A stretch of 64,000 bases of DNA from Octopus vulgaris (Eukaryota): contig OX597815.1 in assembly GCA_951406725.2 (NCBI GenBank), positions 46,128,001-46,192,000 on the forward strand, given 5' to 3'. The first letter of the stretch is position 1. Each line of letters begins with the position of its first letter. Of this stretch, positions 42,933 to 55,899 are shown piece by piece. Both the position numbers and the translations under genes were made by a program. The notes below the pieces were generated by a model, which had not been told where the DNA came from, did not search any database, and was given only the letters and a program-made list of their open reading frames with translations.

Positions 42933-45509
42933 CGTGCAATGCGTGGAGCAGATTGCTGGACGGACCACAACCTTATCCGCTCCAAGCTTAGAATCAACAT
43001 TCGACCACCTAGCCGAAAGTCGACAGCATCAAAACGACTGAACACCACGAAACTATATGATCCTGAGAATCACAGCCTCTTTCAAGATCAGCTTGTCATC
43101 AAATTGGATACTCTCCCACTCCCCGATCCTACCTCGGTAAACCAAGAGGAGCTAGATGGTATATGGGACAGCATATCTCCGTGATCTCCTCGGTCACAGC
43201 CGAACAACTAGGACACACTAGACGTCGCAATCATGACTGGTTTGATGAATCTGCTGATGAGATCCTCCCTCTTCTCAGAAGTAAAAACCGGGCTCATAAT
43301 GCCTACTTCTCGAGCAGGTCCAATGTACACCTCCAGAATTAGAAAGATCTTCGCTCGGAATGCCAGAGCAGACTTAAGCAGATTCAGAACACCTGGTGGA
43401 AGAACAAAGCTGTAGAAATTCAACGTCTTGCGGATGAAAATAAGATCCTCAAGTTCTACACTGCAACCAAATCCATGTACGGTTCGTCCTCCAATCATAT
43501 CAATCCGATACGATCTTCAGACGGCAACACTCTCTACAAGGGAAAGACCCAGATCCGTGACAGATGGGCAGAACACTTCAACTCCTTGTTTAACAAGATA
43601 AATCCTACAGACACCACACTGATTGATGAGCTCCTTCATCTCCCTCCTCTCCCTGAGCTGGACACAGAACCCTCCCTCGTGGAAATCCGTGCAGCTCTTT
43701 CCTACTTAAAAAAAAAAGGAAATCATCTGGATCAGATGATGTGTCGAGGGAGATCTATAAATATGGTGGTTCTGCTTTTGTCTAGCGTCTTCATCAGATT
43801 ATCCTCTACTGTTGGAAAAGTGTCTTGATCCCTCAACGCTGGAAACACACAGACATAATCGCCATCTTCAAGAAGAAGGGAGGTCGCTCAGACTGCAACA
43901 ACAGTAGAGGTATTTCACTCCTGGATGTTACAGGAAAGGTGTTGGCACGCGTCCTGCTCTCTCGACTTCTTGGCCACCTCGTTGAAGGAATCCTCCCAGA
44001 GTCTCAATGCGGTGTTAGAGCTAACCATAGCACTATCGACATGGTCTTCGTCTCCCGCCTCCTGTTAGAGAAGTGCCGAGAACAACAGCGTGATGCCTCG
44101 TTTGCCTTTATTGACCTAAAGCTTTTAATACTACTTGCCGCCCAATACTATGGAATGAATGTTCTGCAGAAGTGTCTTGTCGTGCTACTCCAGTTCCATG
44201 ACGGCATGGAATTACGTGTAACATTGGTTGGTGATCAGTCTGACTACTTCAACGTTCAAGTCGGTGTTAAACAAGGCTACGTCCTGGCCCCTGTTCTCTT
44301 TAATGTGTTCCTTGTGGCTGTGACCTTACTATCACGCTACGACTTCAACCCCGAAGATAGCATCCCAATTCGATATCGCCACGATGGTAGTCTCTTCAAC
44401 TTGAGGAGACTAAAATCACTAACAAAGATTCAGTCCACCACTCTCTTCGAATTACAGAATGCCGATGACTGCGAAGCTCTCGCCTACGAACCAACCAGAC
44501 GTATGTCGCCTACGACCCTAGACGTAGTGTGAAACGCCTATCGTCGGGCTGGAAATTGACCAGTATCGAATGCATGATCCTCGAACGTCAACACCAAGAA
44601 AATAGAGATCCTTCAACGCTCCAAAGATGGTTCACCTCCTGTGATTCTTTCGATCCAAGACAACCAGCTAAAGAACACCGAGTAATTCACCTATTTTGGT
44701 AGCGTCATCTCAAGCAATGGGATCATTAACCACGAAATTCAGAATCGCATCCACCTTGCCTCCTCCGCTTTTGGAGGTCTCAAGGATAGGGTCTTCCTTA
44801 ATTGTGATCTGAATCTCTCCACGAAAATCGAGGTTTATCGCGCTATTGTGTTTTCCAGGCTGTATGCCTCAGAGAACTGGACACTTTATCGTCATGTCAA
44901 ACTCCTCGAATACTTTCATATCCGCTGTCTCCAGCGCATTCTTCATCTGACCTGGAAGGACAAGATCCCACATACGGAGATCCTGAGACGAGCGAAATTG
45001 ACTAGCATCGAATGCATGGTCCTCGAACGTCAATTGCGCTGGGTGGGGCATGTTATTAGGATGCCGGAAAACCATATACCCAAGATTGTCCTTTTTTGAG
45101 GAATTAGCAGAGGGTAACCGACTGCACGGAGGTCCAAAGAAGCGATATAAAGATCATCCCAAGAAATCCCTGAAACTCTGCAAATTCCCTCCTGCTGAAC
45201 CTGAAACACTGGCTACAGACCGTACCACCTGGAGGGGTATGGTCAAAACTGGTACATAGCATTTTGAGGATAAACGGCTAGACTTCGCGAAGAAAAGCGG
45301 AGACAACTCAAGGAACGTCAGCAAAATCCTAGACGAGCTCATCTTCGTCGGAGCCCTCTTCGTTGCTTTCAGTTTAATCGGATATGTGCCCCCAGAATCA
45401 GCCTTTTCAGCCACGACAGGGCCTGCCAACGCCATCAAGACAACCCCTAAGGATCAAAGACGACGTCGTCATCTGTCAAGATGGATTGCCTTAAGCAAGT
45501 AAGCAAGTA
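42930..45509 (+). mobile_element. 5'-truncated RTE-clade LINE (APE C-terminus, RT and C-terminus), frameshifted
   Basis: RAMRGADCWTDH, RWAEHFNSLFN, KKGGRSDCNNSRGISLL, LPESQCG, GVKQGYVLAPVLF, ELQNADD, QLRWVGHVIRM. The 3' tail is (AAGCAAGT)n. Confidence 0.95.
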
Positions 45510-45949
45510 TGTATGTATGTATGTATGTATGTATGTATGTATGTATGTATGTATGTATGTATGTATGTATGTATGTATTTATGTACATATGTATGTATTT
45601 ATGTACATATGTATGTATGTATGTAGGTAGGTAGGTAGGTAGGAATGTATGTACGTACGTACGTACATACGTATGTACGTATGTATATATGTATGTATGC
45701 ATATGTGAATGTGTATGTATGTGTGTGTGTGTATGTGTCTGTCTGTATGTATGTATTATATTAGGATTATGTGTAGAAAGCGCTTCTTTCTAAACCAGAG
45801 ACAAAGATTCATAGTTCCAATTAAGAAAACAGGGTCAAATATTGAACTTTATAAAAGGCTTACATACTCATACTGTTCCTCTAACAGTATTTGTATCTGT
45901 AGAGGAGCAGTATGTGTATGTAAAATACGTATTACATGATCACTTTCTT

Positions 45950-46520
45950 TGTCTTAACAACTAAGCTGTTTAACCAGTGTGTGACAGAAATGTCAGTGGA
46001 TTTAATGCTAAAACAAAGCAGGATAGATTATCTCCATGGAACATTCCTTTTGAATGGTTTGTGGCATTAAGAAAATTCTTTTGTTTCCAGTTACAAATGT
46101 GAGAAGAGTTGACCAGATGTTTGTGAACCTTCCATTGAGGTAGTAGATACTTTTACTATGTAACTCTATCTTGCATGAATGAAGAACAGAATCAAAAGTC
46201 CTTCTGTAATCAAGCCCCTTTGTTAATTTTAGTAAGCAGAGATTTATCAAACACAATTCGACCTCTTCCTACATTCCCTTCTCACATTTCTGTTCATCAG
46301 TTACTGCCTTGTTGATCTCGCAATTGTCTTCGATTTAAACAGCTTCTGATGTATATACACAATACACAGGCAACAGTAGGCTTATATATTTTCTGCCAAG
46401 TCAGTATATGTTTGTATTTGACAAGCCAATTCAATAGTTTAGTCTCATCTTCAATAGTTCGTTTATTGTAAACATCAGTTACATTCTGTTGAACGCCAAT
46501 ACCGTGTACCAGAATCAAAC
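45950..46520 (-). mobile_element. Decayed RLE-type LINE reverse-transcriptase fragment (may extend to ~48400)
   Basis: IYKPTVAC, DEQK..KG, LDYRRTFDSVLH and KGMFHGDNLS correspond to RT motifs NYRPITC, DYxKAFDSVxH and GIFQGDSLS. Confidence 0.65.
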
Positions 46521-49174
46521 TATTTGGCTTCTATCTGGTTATCTTACATTATAAAACTTTTCCATAGGTTTGGGGAAAGATTTAAATATTATTGTATGTC
46601 TTATTGTTGTTAATGCATATTAAATTAGGATTGTAGTTATCACTAAGTATATTATAATCAAAACATGATAAACAAGAGACAAGTATATACTGTTGTGCGC
46701 ATATAAATTATTATGAATACAAAAGGTTATGTTAATTCTAACAAATTTGTATTATTAAAACTGATCCCACTGGTCAAAGAGCTTCTTTCGATTATGGTTT
46801 AGAATCGACCACAAAAAATTTTGTATGCTAATTTCAAAACTCTTAGGCTTTTCAGAAACAATGTATTTTGAGACATTGCCAATTGTGTTATTTTCCTCTA
46901 TACATATATTTGATTTGTACTGAATTCTTTTAGAATAGTTGCTCAGGTCCTTGTCATTTAATCAGCATGGCTCGTGAATATAAAAAAATCATCCATGCCT
47001 TTTATGCTATGTTTATAGTAATTTTATTACTAAGACTCAGAGACGAACTAACACTTCGGATTTCGGATCTTATAATAATATGCTATATATACTTTGGTTG
47101 TCATAGAAGTGATTGAAACTAAATGTGGCTGTCATGAATCTTACTCTGCTCGTTCAAGTGGACTACAGGAGTGGTAGGACAAATAGAGACGTGCAATAAC
47201 TTTTGTCACACCTGTGATATGGATGCAACAAAGAGATCATCATACTGTTTGCTACTTTTGTAATGTTAAAATAATTTTTTTTATCACACTGAACAAACAC
47301 AGTAGTGTCTATCCAAAGATGCATTCAGCAAGCAGAACAGTCTCACTTGATGAAATATTGGCCATACTCTTTCACCCAATGGCTAAGCAATGATCAAAGT
47401 GCTGGGCATTTTACAGATACTGAACACATTTCTGAATAAATTTAAAATCAAAGATGTCTGATCAAAAACGTTTGAATGACCATGTTAAAGACTTATCTTT
47501 GTCGTTGTCTAAAGCGAAGTCCAAGCCTATCACTACATCAAGACTAGAGGAAGGTAATTTACTTGCTCAAAACACCAAGTGACTCAGCTATCGAAAAAGA
47601 ATTTTAATTTGGTTGTATGCTTTACAATTTCAATGGCATCTATGAACACTTTCGCAAACATATTTCAGACTCACTTTAGCATCTATTTGGCACAATTTCC
47701 TCAATTTATACAGAAGAAATTTGAAAGCAGTTCTGCAACATACTCTGTATCGATATATTGCTTGCTCCCATTCAATACAAGATTCGTCAGTGGAATCTCA
47801 AAGATATTGGTATGCTAATGAGATTCTGTAGCAAGATTTAGTAGTGTTGTTCTTATGTTTAGTTAATAGTCATATAAACACGGATAATTATGAAGTGACC
47901 AGTGTCTCGTTCTACCGATCAGTTGATCTTAAGAAGATATCTCCGCTACCTCTCCACATTAAACTTAGTTTAAAGAAACGTTTTTGCAAATCAATGACTA
48001 AACATTATTCATGAGGATTTCCATACTTTTTCTTAAAAGATTACGAAATGTGAGTGTAGCAAAGTAATAGAGAGAATTTTTGTGGAGCTGTAAATCGGAG
48101 AAGTTTTAAATGGTACCGAATTTGAGAGAAAGAAAAAAAAAGAAAACTTAGTATGCTGGAAGTAAATGCTTGGCAAACTTTTAAATGGTTATGCGATAAC
48201 TCTGTAGTTTCGATACACTTTGAATATAAAACAGGAATGCCACAACTGAAACGTCTTTTATTATATATATGCTTAAATTTGGTTGATCTGGGGTTAAACA
48301 ACAACAATCTATAACAATGTCTGACATTATACAGATATAGTTTTGGTACACTGAAAGCGACCTTTGCCACTTAACTCTCTAGATTAATAATCATTAAATG
48401 ACACTTTTGTGTTTAGCTCAGATCGATGACACTCTCCATTAAATCAGTAAATTTTTCTATCTCTGTTCAACATGGTGGTGGTATTCGATTTTAGATCAAT
48501 AAATACTTTAATCACTCTCAGTTGTAATCGAGTTGAAGTCACCTCTAAAATGTTGCATCTCTTATTCAATGCTCACGAAAAGACCAATAAAAAAAATTAA
48601 ATCACTAAGTGTGATTTAACTCAAGGAATTGTTCAGTCTTGAGATCAATATATTTTTCTTATGACTCACTATCCAGTATCATACTTTACTTTTGAGACAC
48701 CAGATAACTTTGGAATATTATTCTAGTTGATCTGTTGTTAAGAAAACAACATAAAATGTGCGGCAATATTTGTGCCTCGTCTTTGCTTTTTGTTCTCTCC
48801 AACGTGAACCTCCACAAGCATACAGGAAAGCAATAAACTGTCGCTTGACCACTAGAAAAGGCGGCAAAATCTTCCTCAAATTACACCCTAGGCTTGGACA
48901 CAGCGGGCCTCATGGGTCTGGAAGCCCACTTCTGATCTATGTATATTGTGGCTTACTGTCCATAAATATGGGACCCAGTGCACTGATTTTTCCGGGACCT
49001 ATGTTCTTAAAATGGAAGAATAATGTAGTTCACTGCCTAAAGTTAAATGAGATGGTTACGTCCGTAATGCTTTTGGTTATAAATCGCCTGTACTTGGGAT
49101 GATATGAGGTTAAACAACAATATTTAAAGTGGGTAATTTCTTACATAAATATTATTTTTTTTTACCGCCCGACG

Positions 49175-49226
<52 letters not shown>

Positions 49227-49229
<3 letters not shown>

Positions 49230-49685
49230 TATTATAAAAGACAGATTTTATCTGCCTCCCTTTGGGAGTTATACAAATCTACAATATAGGATTTCTTCAA
49301 TTACAATTTACCTAGCAGTTTTAAGAGTACAATGCATCGCGTCATTTAAACTCCAATTAAGCAAAATTTACAGAAAACTCACATTCTGGTGTGTGTGTCA
49401 AATGCTTTTCTTAGTCTGGTTTACACCACACGCAAACGCACACACACAGTGGGCAACGAATAAAATGAAAGTAATTGACTTACTGTAGTGAGTGATTCTT
49501 TCACTCTGCCTCCCACTTCCTCTTTCAACACATAGACACGCAAATATATAAATAAAATTGTAAGCTAACGTGCGTGTGTGTGTGAGTGGGTGTGTGTGGG
49601 TGTGCGCGTGTGTGTGTGTGTGAGGGTGCGTGTGTGTGTGTGTGTGTGTGTGCGTGAGTGTGTGACAGGAAAGTTTTTTACGACG
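49227..49685 (+). mobile_element. Possible Helitron 5' fragment
   Basis: Begins A^TCTTATTATAAAAG, like the element at 50974. No 3' hairpin or CTAG seen. Confidence 0.35.
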
Positions 49686-49715
49686 AATATAACACCTATA
49701 TCCAAGTAGCAGAAA

Positions 49716-50194
49716 GATAAGACAGTAAGGTGTGATTTGAGGGAGATTTGGCTGCTATTTCTACCATGTCTAGCTGCCATGTAGGGGTCTCCCTCATAGG
49801 CTCATACATACATATATACATAGATAAGACAGTAAGGTGTGATTTGGGGGAAATTTGGCTGCTATTTCTACCAGGTCTAGCTGCCATGTAGGGGTCTCCC
49901 TCATAGGCTCATACATACATATATACATAGATAAGACAGTAAGGTGTGATTTGGGGGAAATTTGGCTGCTATTTCTACCAGGTCTAGCTGCCATGTAGGG
50001 GTCTCCCTCATAGGCTCATACATACATATATACATAGATAAGACAGTAAGGTGTGATTTGGGGGAAATTTGGCTGCTATTTCTACCAGGTCTAGCTACCA
50101 TGTACAGGTCCCCCTCATTGGCTCATATATATATAGATACATAAGACAGTAAGGTGTGATTTGAGGGAGATTTCGCTGCTGTTTCTACCAGGTC
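49716..50194. repeat. 107-bp minisatellite, ~4.5 copies
   Basis: GATAAGACAGTAAGGTGTGATTTG recurs at 49716, 49823, 49930 and 50037, with a variant at ~50141. Confidence 0.95.
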
Positions 50195-50552
50195 TGTTAG
50201 GCCTTCTCATGTAAACTCAAGCTTTCTCATGCCTTGAACATAAGACCAAAGCAGAGAATATATTCTTTTATTCTTCTGCTTTTTCCAGCCATTGGTCTGT
50301 GGCCATGCTGGGGCAATGCCTTGAAGAATTGTAGTTTAATGAATCAACTCCAGTTTTATTTTTGTAAGCATTGTACTTATTCTATCTGTTTCCTTTGTCA
50401 AACCACTAGGTGACAGGGATGTAAACAAACCAACATTCGTTGTCAAGCAGTGGTGGAGGACAATCACAAGCACAGACACGCACACACACACACATACATG
50501 CATACACATATACACACATGCATACATATATATATATGTGTGTATATATATA

Positions 50553-50875
50553 TTGCAGCCCGGAAGGTGTTTGTAAGCCATTTAAGAAACACACAAAAAC
50601 CGTTACATTCACTTCAACATTTAAATTTAATTTGCCAAAATATTTTCGTCGCTTTGAGACCGCGACCTGTTCACTGACAAAAATATCGTGCTAACAGGTC
50701 GCGGTCTCAAAGCGACGAAAATATTTTGACAAATTAAATTTAAATGTTGAAGTGAATCTAACGGTTTTTGTGTGTTTCTTAAATGGCTTATAAACACCTT
50801 CAACGCTGCAACTGTTTTCGTTCCAGCACACGATCTCAGATCAAGTCACTTGCTATGCAAGTACATCTCTGTAAC
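50553..50875. mobile_element. Short palindromic copy of the 30901-33879 PLE family
   Basis: Arms ~50553-50671 and 50693-50811 plus a right tail. The G3-C8 hammerhead is intact on the minus strand at 50631-50681. Confidence 0.85.
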
Positions 50876-50973
50876 TATATATATATTTATATATATATAT
50901 ATATGTATATTGGTAAAAACAGTAAGATAACAAAAGAAAGAAAGAGACCTCAATATTATGTAAATAGAGGAAA

Positions 50974-51366
50974 TCTTTATATATAAAAGTGAGGTTGTGT
51001 GTCTGTCTCCTACGATTTAGATTCCTAACTACTCCCACATTTTGCGGTGCAGTTTAACCAAAACCGGGTATCTTATAGTCGTGATTCATATCGAGACCGT
51101 CTGGGTATTAGCGCGCGTCTACGATGAGTCTACGATTTAAAAAAAAATTTACCATCAATTTTTCCCATTTTTAATCCATTTTTGACATATATAAGGGAAG
51201 TAACTCTCTAAAATTTATTATTAAATCTCAGAACGTAAAAAGCTACAGTAACACCCTCCCCCTTGTGGTTAGCCATATTGAGATGGCTATTATACTTTAC
51301 ATCTCTAAAAATGCTTATATAATTATTTCCCTTACAAACCCGAGCAACGCCGGGCGATACTGCTAG
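50974..51366 (+). mobile_element. Non-autonomous Helitron
   Basis: Inserted at A^T, with 5' TC, a 3' hairpin CCCG-AGCAACGC-CGGG ~10 nt before a terminal CTAG, and no TSD. Confidence 0.8.
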
Positions 51367-51407
<41 letters not shown>

Positions 51408-51419
51408 GTGTGTGTGTGT

Positions 51420-51635
51420 ATGTATTTGTGTGTCTGTGTTTGTCCTCCCACCATCGCTTGACAAACAATGTTGGAGTGTTTACGCCCCCGTAACTTAGCG
51501 GTTCGGCAAATGAGACCGATGGAATAAGTATTAGGCTTACAGAGAATAAGTCCTGGGGTCGATTTGTTTGACTAAAGGCGGTGCTCCAGCATGGTCGCAG
51601 TCAAATGACTGAAACAAGTAAAATAATAAAGAATA
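51420..51635 (+). mobile_element. SINE family C, 3' half
   Basis: Nearly identical to 61905-62110. Confidence 0.85.
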
Positions 51636-51848
51636 AGCCAAAGGTGATAATGATGACGTAATGGTTACTTACAATTGGCCTCAATATATTTCCTGATACT
51701 TTTTTTAATGTAGCAACCTCAGAAAGTCAGAACTTGTATGACGGAATTAAAAAAAAATAATTGTTTAATAATTGAAAATTTTCTATCCATGTCATCTACT
51801 GACACACCCAGTCGTAATAGTAGCTGTCTATTTTGAGTAAGGGGTATT

Positions 51849-51915
51849 CTAGGGTTAAGGGTTAGGGCTAGGGTTATGGTTAGGCTTTAGGATTAGAATT
51901 AGAGTTAAGTTTAGA
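51849..51915 (+). repeat. Degenerate (TTAGGG)n-like tract
   Basis: CTAGGG TTAAGGG TTAGGG CTAGGG TTATGG TTAGGC ... about 10 imperfect units. Confidence 0.6.
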
Positions 51916-52198
51916 CTGCACGCTAAAGTGTAAATGACCAGGAAGACCATTTTATCTTTTATTCACGGTGTCTAAGTTTACGTCATCTTACGTGGTCATT
52001 TTAAAGTAAGGGTAATTCAAGGAAGGCTTCCTTCTTTCAGAAAGAAAACATTAATGTAAAAGGCATTTCAATCTGAAGGGGAGAATCCAAAATGTGAAGA
52101 GGAAAAAACGGAGAGAGAAATAATGAGATGCAACATAACTAGAGGGCAAGTAAAAAGAAAGCTCAAGATAAACAGATAGAGAGGTGGGAAAAGACAGA

Positions 52199-52235
<37 letters not shown>

Positions 52236-52408
52236 AGAGGGGAAGAGAAAGGAGAGAAGAAGAGATGGAGAGAAAGTGAAGAGACAGAACGCAAAGAAAT
52301 TGAACGTACAGCAACAGATTATAAATAGAGGAAATGTAAAGAGACTGAAATACAGAAACTGAACGGAAGGAGATGGAACGGAGAGAGAAAGGGTGGAGAT
52401 ATAGAAGA

Positions 52409-52452
<44 letters not shown>

Positions 52453-52627
52453 TAGTGAGAGTGAAAGAGGGAGAAGAAAGAGAAGGCGGTAGAGAGAGGG
52501 GGAAATAGAGAGGGCGTAGAGAGAGGGCTGTAGAGAAAGGGTGCATAGAGAAAGGGAGGAGAATGAGGAAGGAGAGACATTGAAGAGACAGAACATGACT
52601 ATATTATAGTATAAGAGATTGAAAATA

Positions 52628-53407
52628 ATTATTTCTACTCTAGGCGTAAAGCTTTGAAAATTTTTGTTGGGGTGAAGGGGTCTAGTCGATTACATCAACG
52701 CTAGTGCGTAACTGGTACTTATTTTTTCGACCCTGAAAGGATGAAAGGCAAAATCGACCGTGGCGGAATTTGAATTCAGAACGTAACGGCAGACGAAATA
52801 CCTATTTTTTACTACCCACTAGGGGCTAAACACAGAGGAGATAAACAAGAACACATAAACGGATTAAGTCGATTATATGGACCCCAGTGCGTAACTGGTA
52901 CATATTTAATCGACCCCGAAAGGACGAAAGGTAAAGTTGACCTCGGCGGAATTTGAAATCAGAACCTAGCAGCAGACGAAATACCTATTTCCTATTTCTT
53001 TACTACCCACAATGGGCTAAACATAGAGTGGACAAACAAGGACAGACAAAGGGATTAAGTCGATTACATCGACCCCAGTACGCAATGGTACTTAATGTAT
53101 CGACCCCGAAAGGATGAAGGGCAAAGTCGACCTCGGCGTGATTTGAACTCAGAATGTAAAGGCAGACGAAATACCTATTTCTTGACTGCCCACAAGGGGC
53201 TAAACATAGAGGGAACAAAGAAGGACAGACAAACGGATTAAGTCGATTATATCGACCCCAGTGCGTAACTGGTACTTACTTAATCGACCCCGAAAGAATG
53301 AAAGGCAAATCGACCTCGGCGGAATTTGAATTCAGAACGTAACGGCAGACGAAACACCGCTAAGCATTTCGCCCGGCGCGTAAACGTTTCTACCAGCTCG
53401 CCGCCTT
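52628..53407 (-). mobile_element. SINE family B, four internal units
   Basis: Core at 52731, 52914, 53104 and 53288 (period 183-190), with a single head at the right end. Confidence 0.9.
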
Positions 53408-53890
53408 AGAGATTGAGAATGATGAAACAGAACTAAAGATGTGTGGAACAGAGAGAGAGAGAGGGGAGTGGAAGAAAGAGATGGAAATTGAGAGAGTATG
53501 AGAGAGGGGAAAATGTAAGAGAGGAAACAGACAAACAAAGAGGTAGAGGACCTAAAGCAATAGATCTACAATATAGAGATGGAATGTAAAGCGGCTGAAT
53601 GGAAACAGATTTAGAAAGAACATAAAAAGATGGAATATAAAAGGGGTAATATGAAGAAATCAAAACATAAAGAAATCAAACGTAGATGGACAACGTAAAT
53701 TGCTGAAAATGCAGAGGAGGAGAGAGAGAGAGAGAGAGAGCACGTCAAGAAACGTAACTTAGTGTCACGCTCGAAACGTCACACTTATTTTCCCATTTGA
53801 AACTTTCACTAGGTGTCAATCCAAAATATTCACTGTGTACGTCCAATTAGCTTTTATTGTTTTCTTTCCTGTTTTTCTTTTAAAATTTGC

Positions 53891-53929
<39 letters not shown>

Positions 53930-53943
53930 CATACATACATATA

Positions 53944-54745
53944 AGAGGGATGATCTCTAAGTGGACATCCATTATGCTAGAAGTCGACCCCTATGGTCTT
54001 ACCACTAAGAAATGAATGTTCTTAAGAAAATTTAGCAAACGCCAGAACGAAAGCGAGCAAGGCAAATGAAAAAATACAAAATATACAGATTAATCACAAA
54101 CCCGGTTTCGTTGCTATCACGTAATTTCTTACGTAGATGTCCGCAACTCGTCAGAGTGATCGTCATAGCAAAATATAATTTGCAGAAGTATACACGAGAC
54201 GTCTGCATGAGATTGAACATGTATATAGTTCTACCAATTACATCTGAAGGTTATATTTCAAGAGTCTTCGTTTTGGCGCGCCAAAATACCGGAAATAATT
54301 CTGCGGAAAATAATTCTCTGCACTTAATTTTGCCGGTTAGAGAACATGTTTATTTAAATTTAAAATAATAAGGGTGAAAAATTGGATATTAATTTGATTA
54401 ATATCAATTTAAAACCAGTGGTCTAGCATATAGAAAAATCTGAAGATTTTTACGTAAGTTGTAACAACGAAACTGGTTTGTGATTAATCTGTATATTTTG
54501 CATCTTTTCATTTGTCTTGCTCGCTTACATTCTGGCGTTTGCTAAATTTTCTTGAGAGCTTCCTTTCTTAGTGGTAACACCATAAGGAGTCGACTTCTAA
54601 CATAATTGATGTCCACTTACTGGTCATCCCTCTGATATGTATATAATATGATTTTTCTGAATCTTCAGATTTTTCTATATGCTAGACCACTGGTTTACAA
54701 TTGATATTAATCAAATTAATATTCAATCTTTTACCTTTATTATTT
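53944..54745. mobile_element. PLE-type insert with two interleaved inverted repeats and a hammerhead
   Basis: 53944-54114 mirrors 54465-54633, and 54365-54449 mirrors 54661-54745. Flanked by TA-rich repeats. Confidence 0.75.
54092..54161 (-). ncRNA. Type-I hammerhead motif, canonical core CUGACGA
   Basis: Reads gatcact-CTGACGA-gttgc...gcaac-GAAAC-cgg-GTT-tgtgatt. There is a U-U mismatch at the base of stem I. Confidence 0.65.
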
Positions 54746-54782
54746 TTAATTTATATATATGTATATACATATACATATATAT

Positions 54783-54847
<65 letters not shown>

Positions 54848-54919
54848 CATATATATACACGCATATATATATATGCTCAGTCTATATCTGCTCTGCGTGC
54901 ATATATATATATATATATA

Positions 54920-54986
<67 letters not shown>

Positions 54987-55541
54987 TGTGTGTGTATGCG
55001 TGTGTGTGTGTACATACTCGTGTTTATTAAAAAAACACGTCTTAATTTAATGTAATAAGGCGGTACAAGATCAAGACGACACTAAACGAAATTGGAGAAA
55101 AAAAAGGAAGAGAAATAGAAAAGGAAAAGAATCTGTCGTGACGTGCAAGAGTAAGTCGGGTGGCGGGTAGTGGAGTTGCGTCGATTGTCAATGAATCTTT
55201 AATATCACCTGAAGAAAGTTTCCGCTGGCGATTTAACCTTGCGGATTATAGCGGATTACTGTTCAAGTATGAACAGGTGCAATGTTCTCAAATAGAAGCT
55301 AGGAATTAAGAAATAAGAGTGGTGGAGATAACGAAAGCAGAGACACATGGGTAAAAGTAGAATGAAATTGTGGGGTGAAAGGAGGGCGTAGAGAAATTGT
55401 ATATGAGTGTGTGTGAGTGTCTGTGAGAAGAGAGAGAGATAGAGAAGCAGAGAGGGGCGCTTCCCCTTCTACATGTATGTGTGTATATGTGTCTATACAT
55501 ATATAAATACATATACACATATCCATCTATATACATATGTG

Positions 55542-55616
<75 letters not shown>

Positions 55617-55724
55617 ATATATATATGTATATCATATATATGTATATATATATATATATATATACATATGTATACATATGTATACATATATATATATGTA
55701 TGTATATATATGGTATAATATATG

Positions 55725-55779
<55 letters not shown>

Positions 55780-55899
55780 GTGTGTGTGTGTATGTATACA
55801 TGCATACATACACACAAGCACAAAACACACACACACACACACACACAGAATATATAAGTCGAAATAACCATTAATTAAAAGTATATACATGTAATAAGT

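Noticed and set aside
49716-50194. CRISPR-like regular repeats (also the family B arrays)
   Set aside because: Whole units repeat with no unique spacers, there are no cas genes, and the context is eukaryotic.
51849-51915. Telomere or chromosome-fusion site
   Set aside because: Short, degenerate and single-orientation. More likely part of a dispersed repeat.
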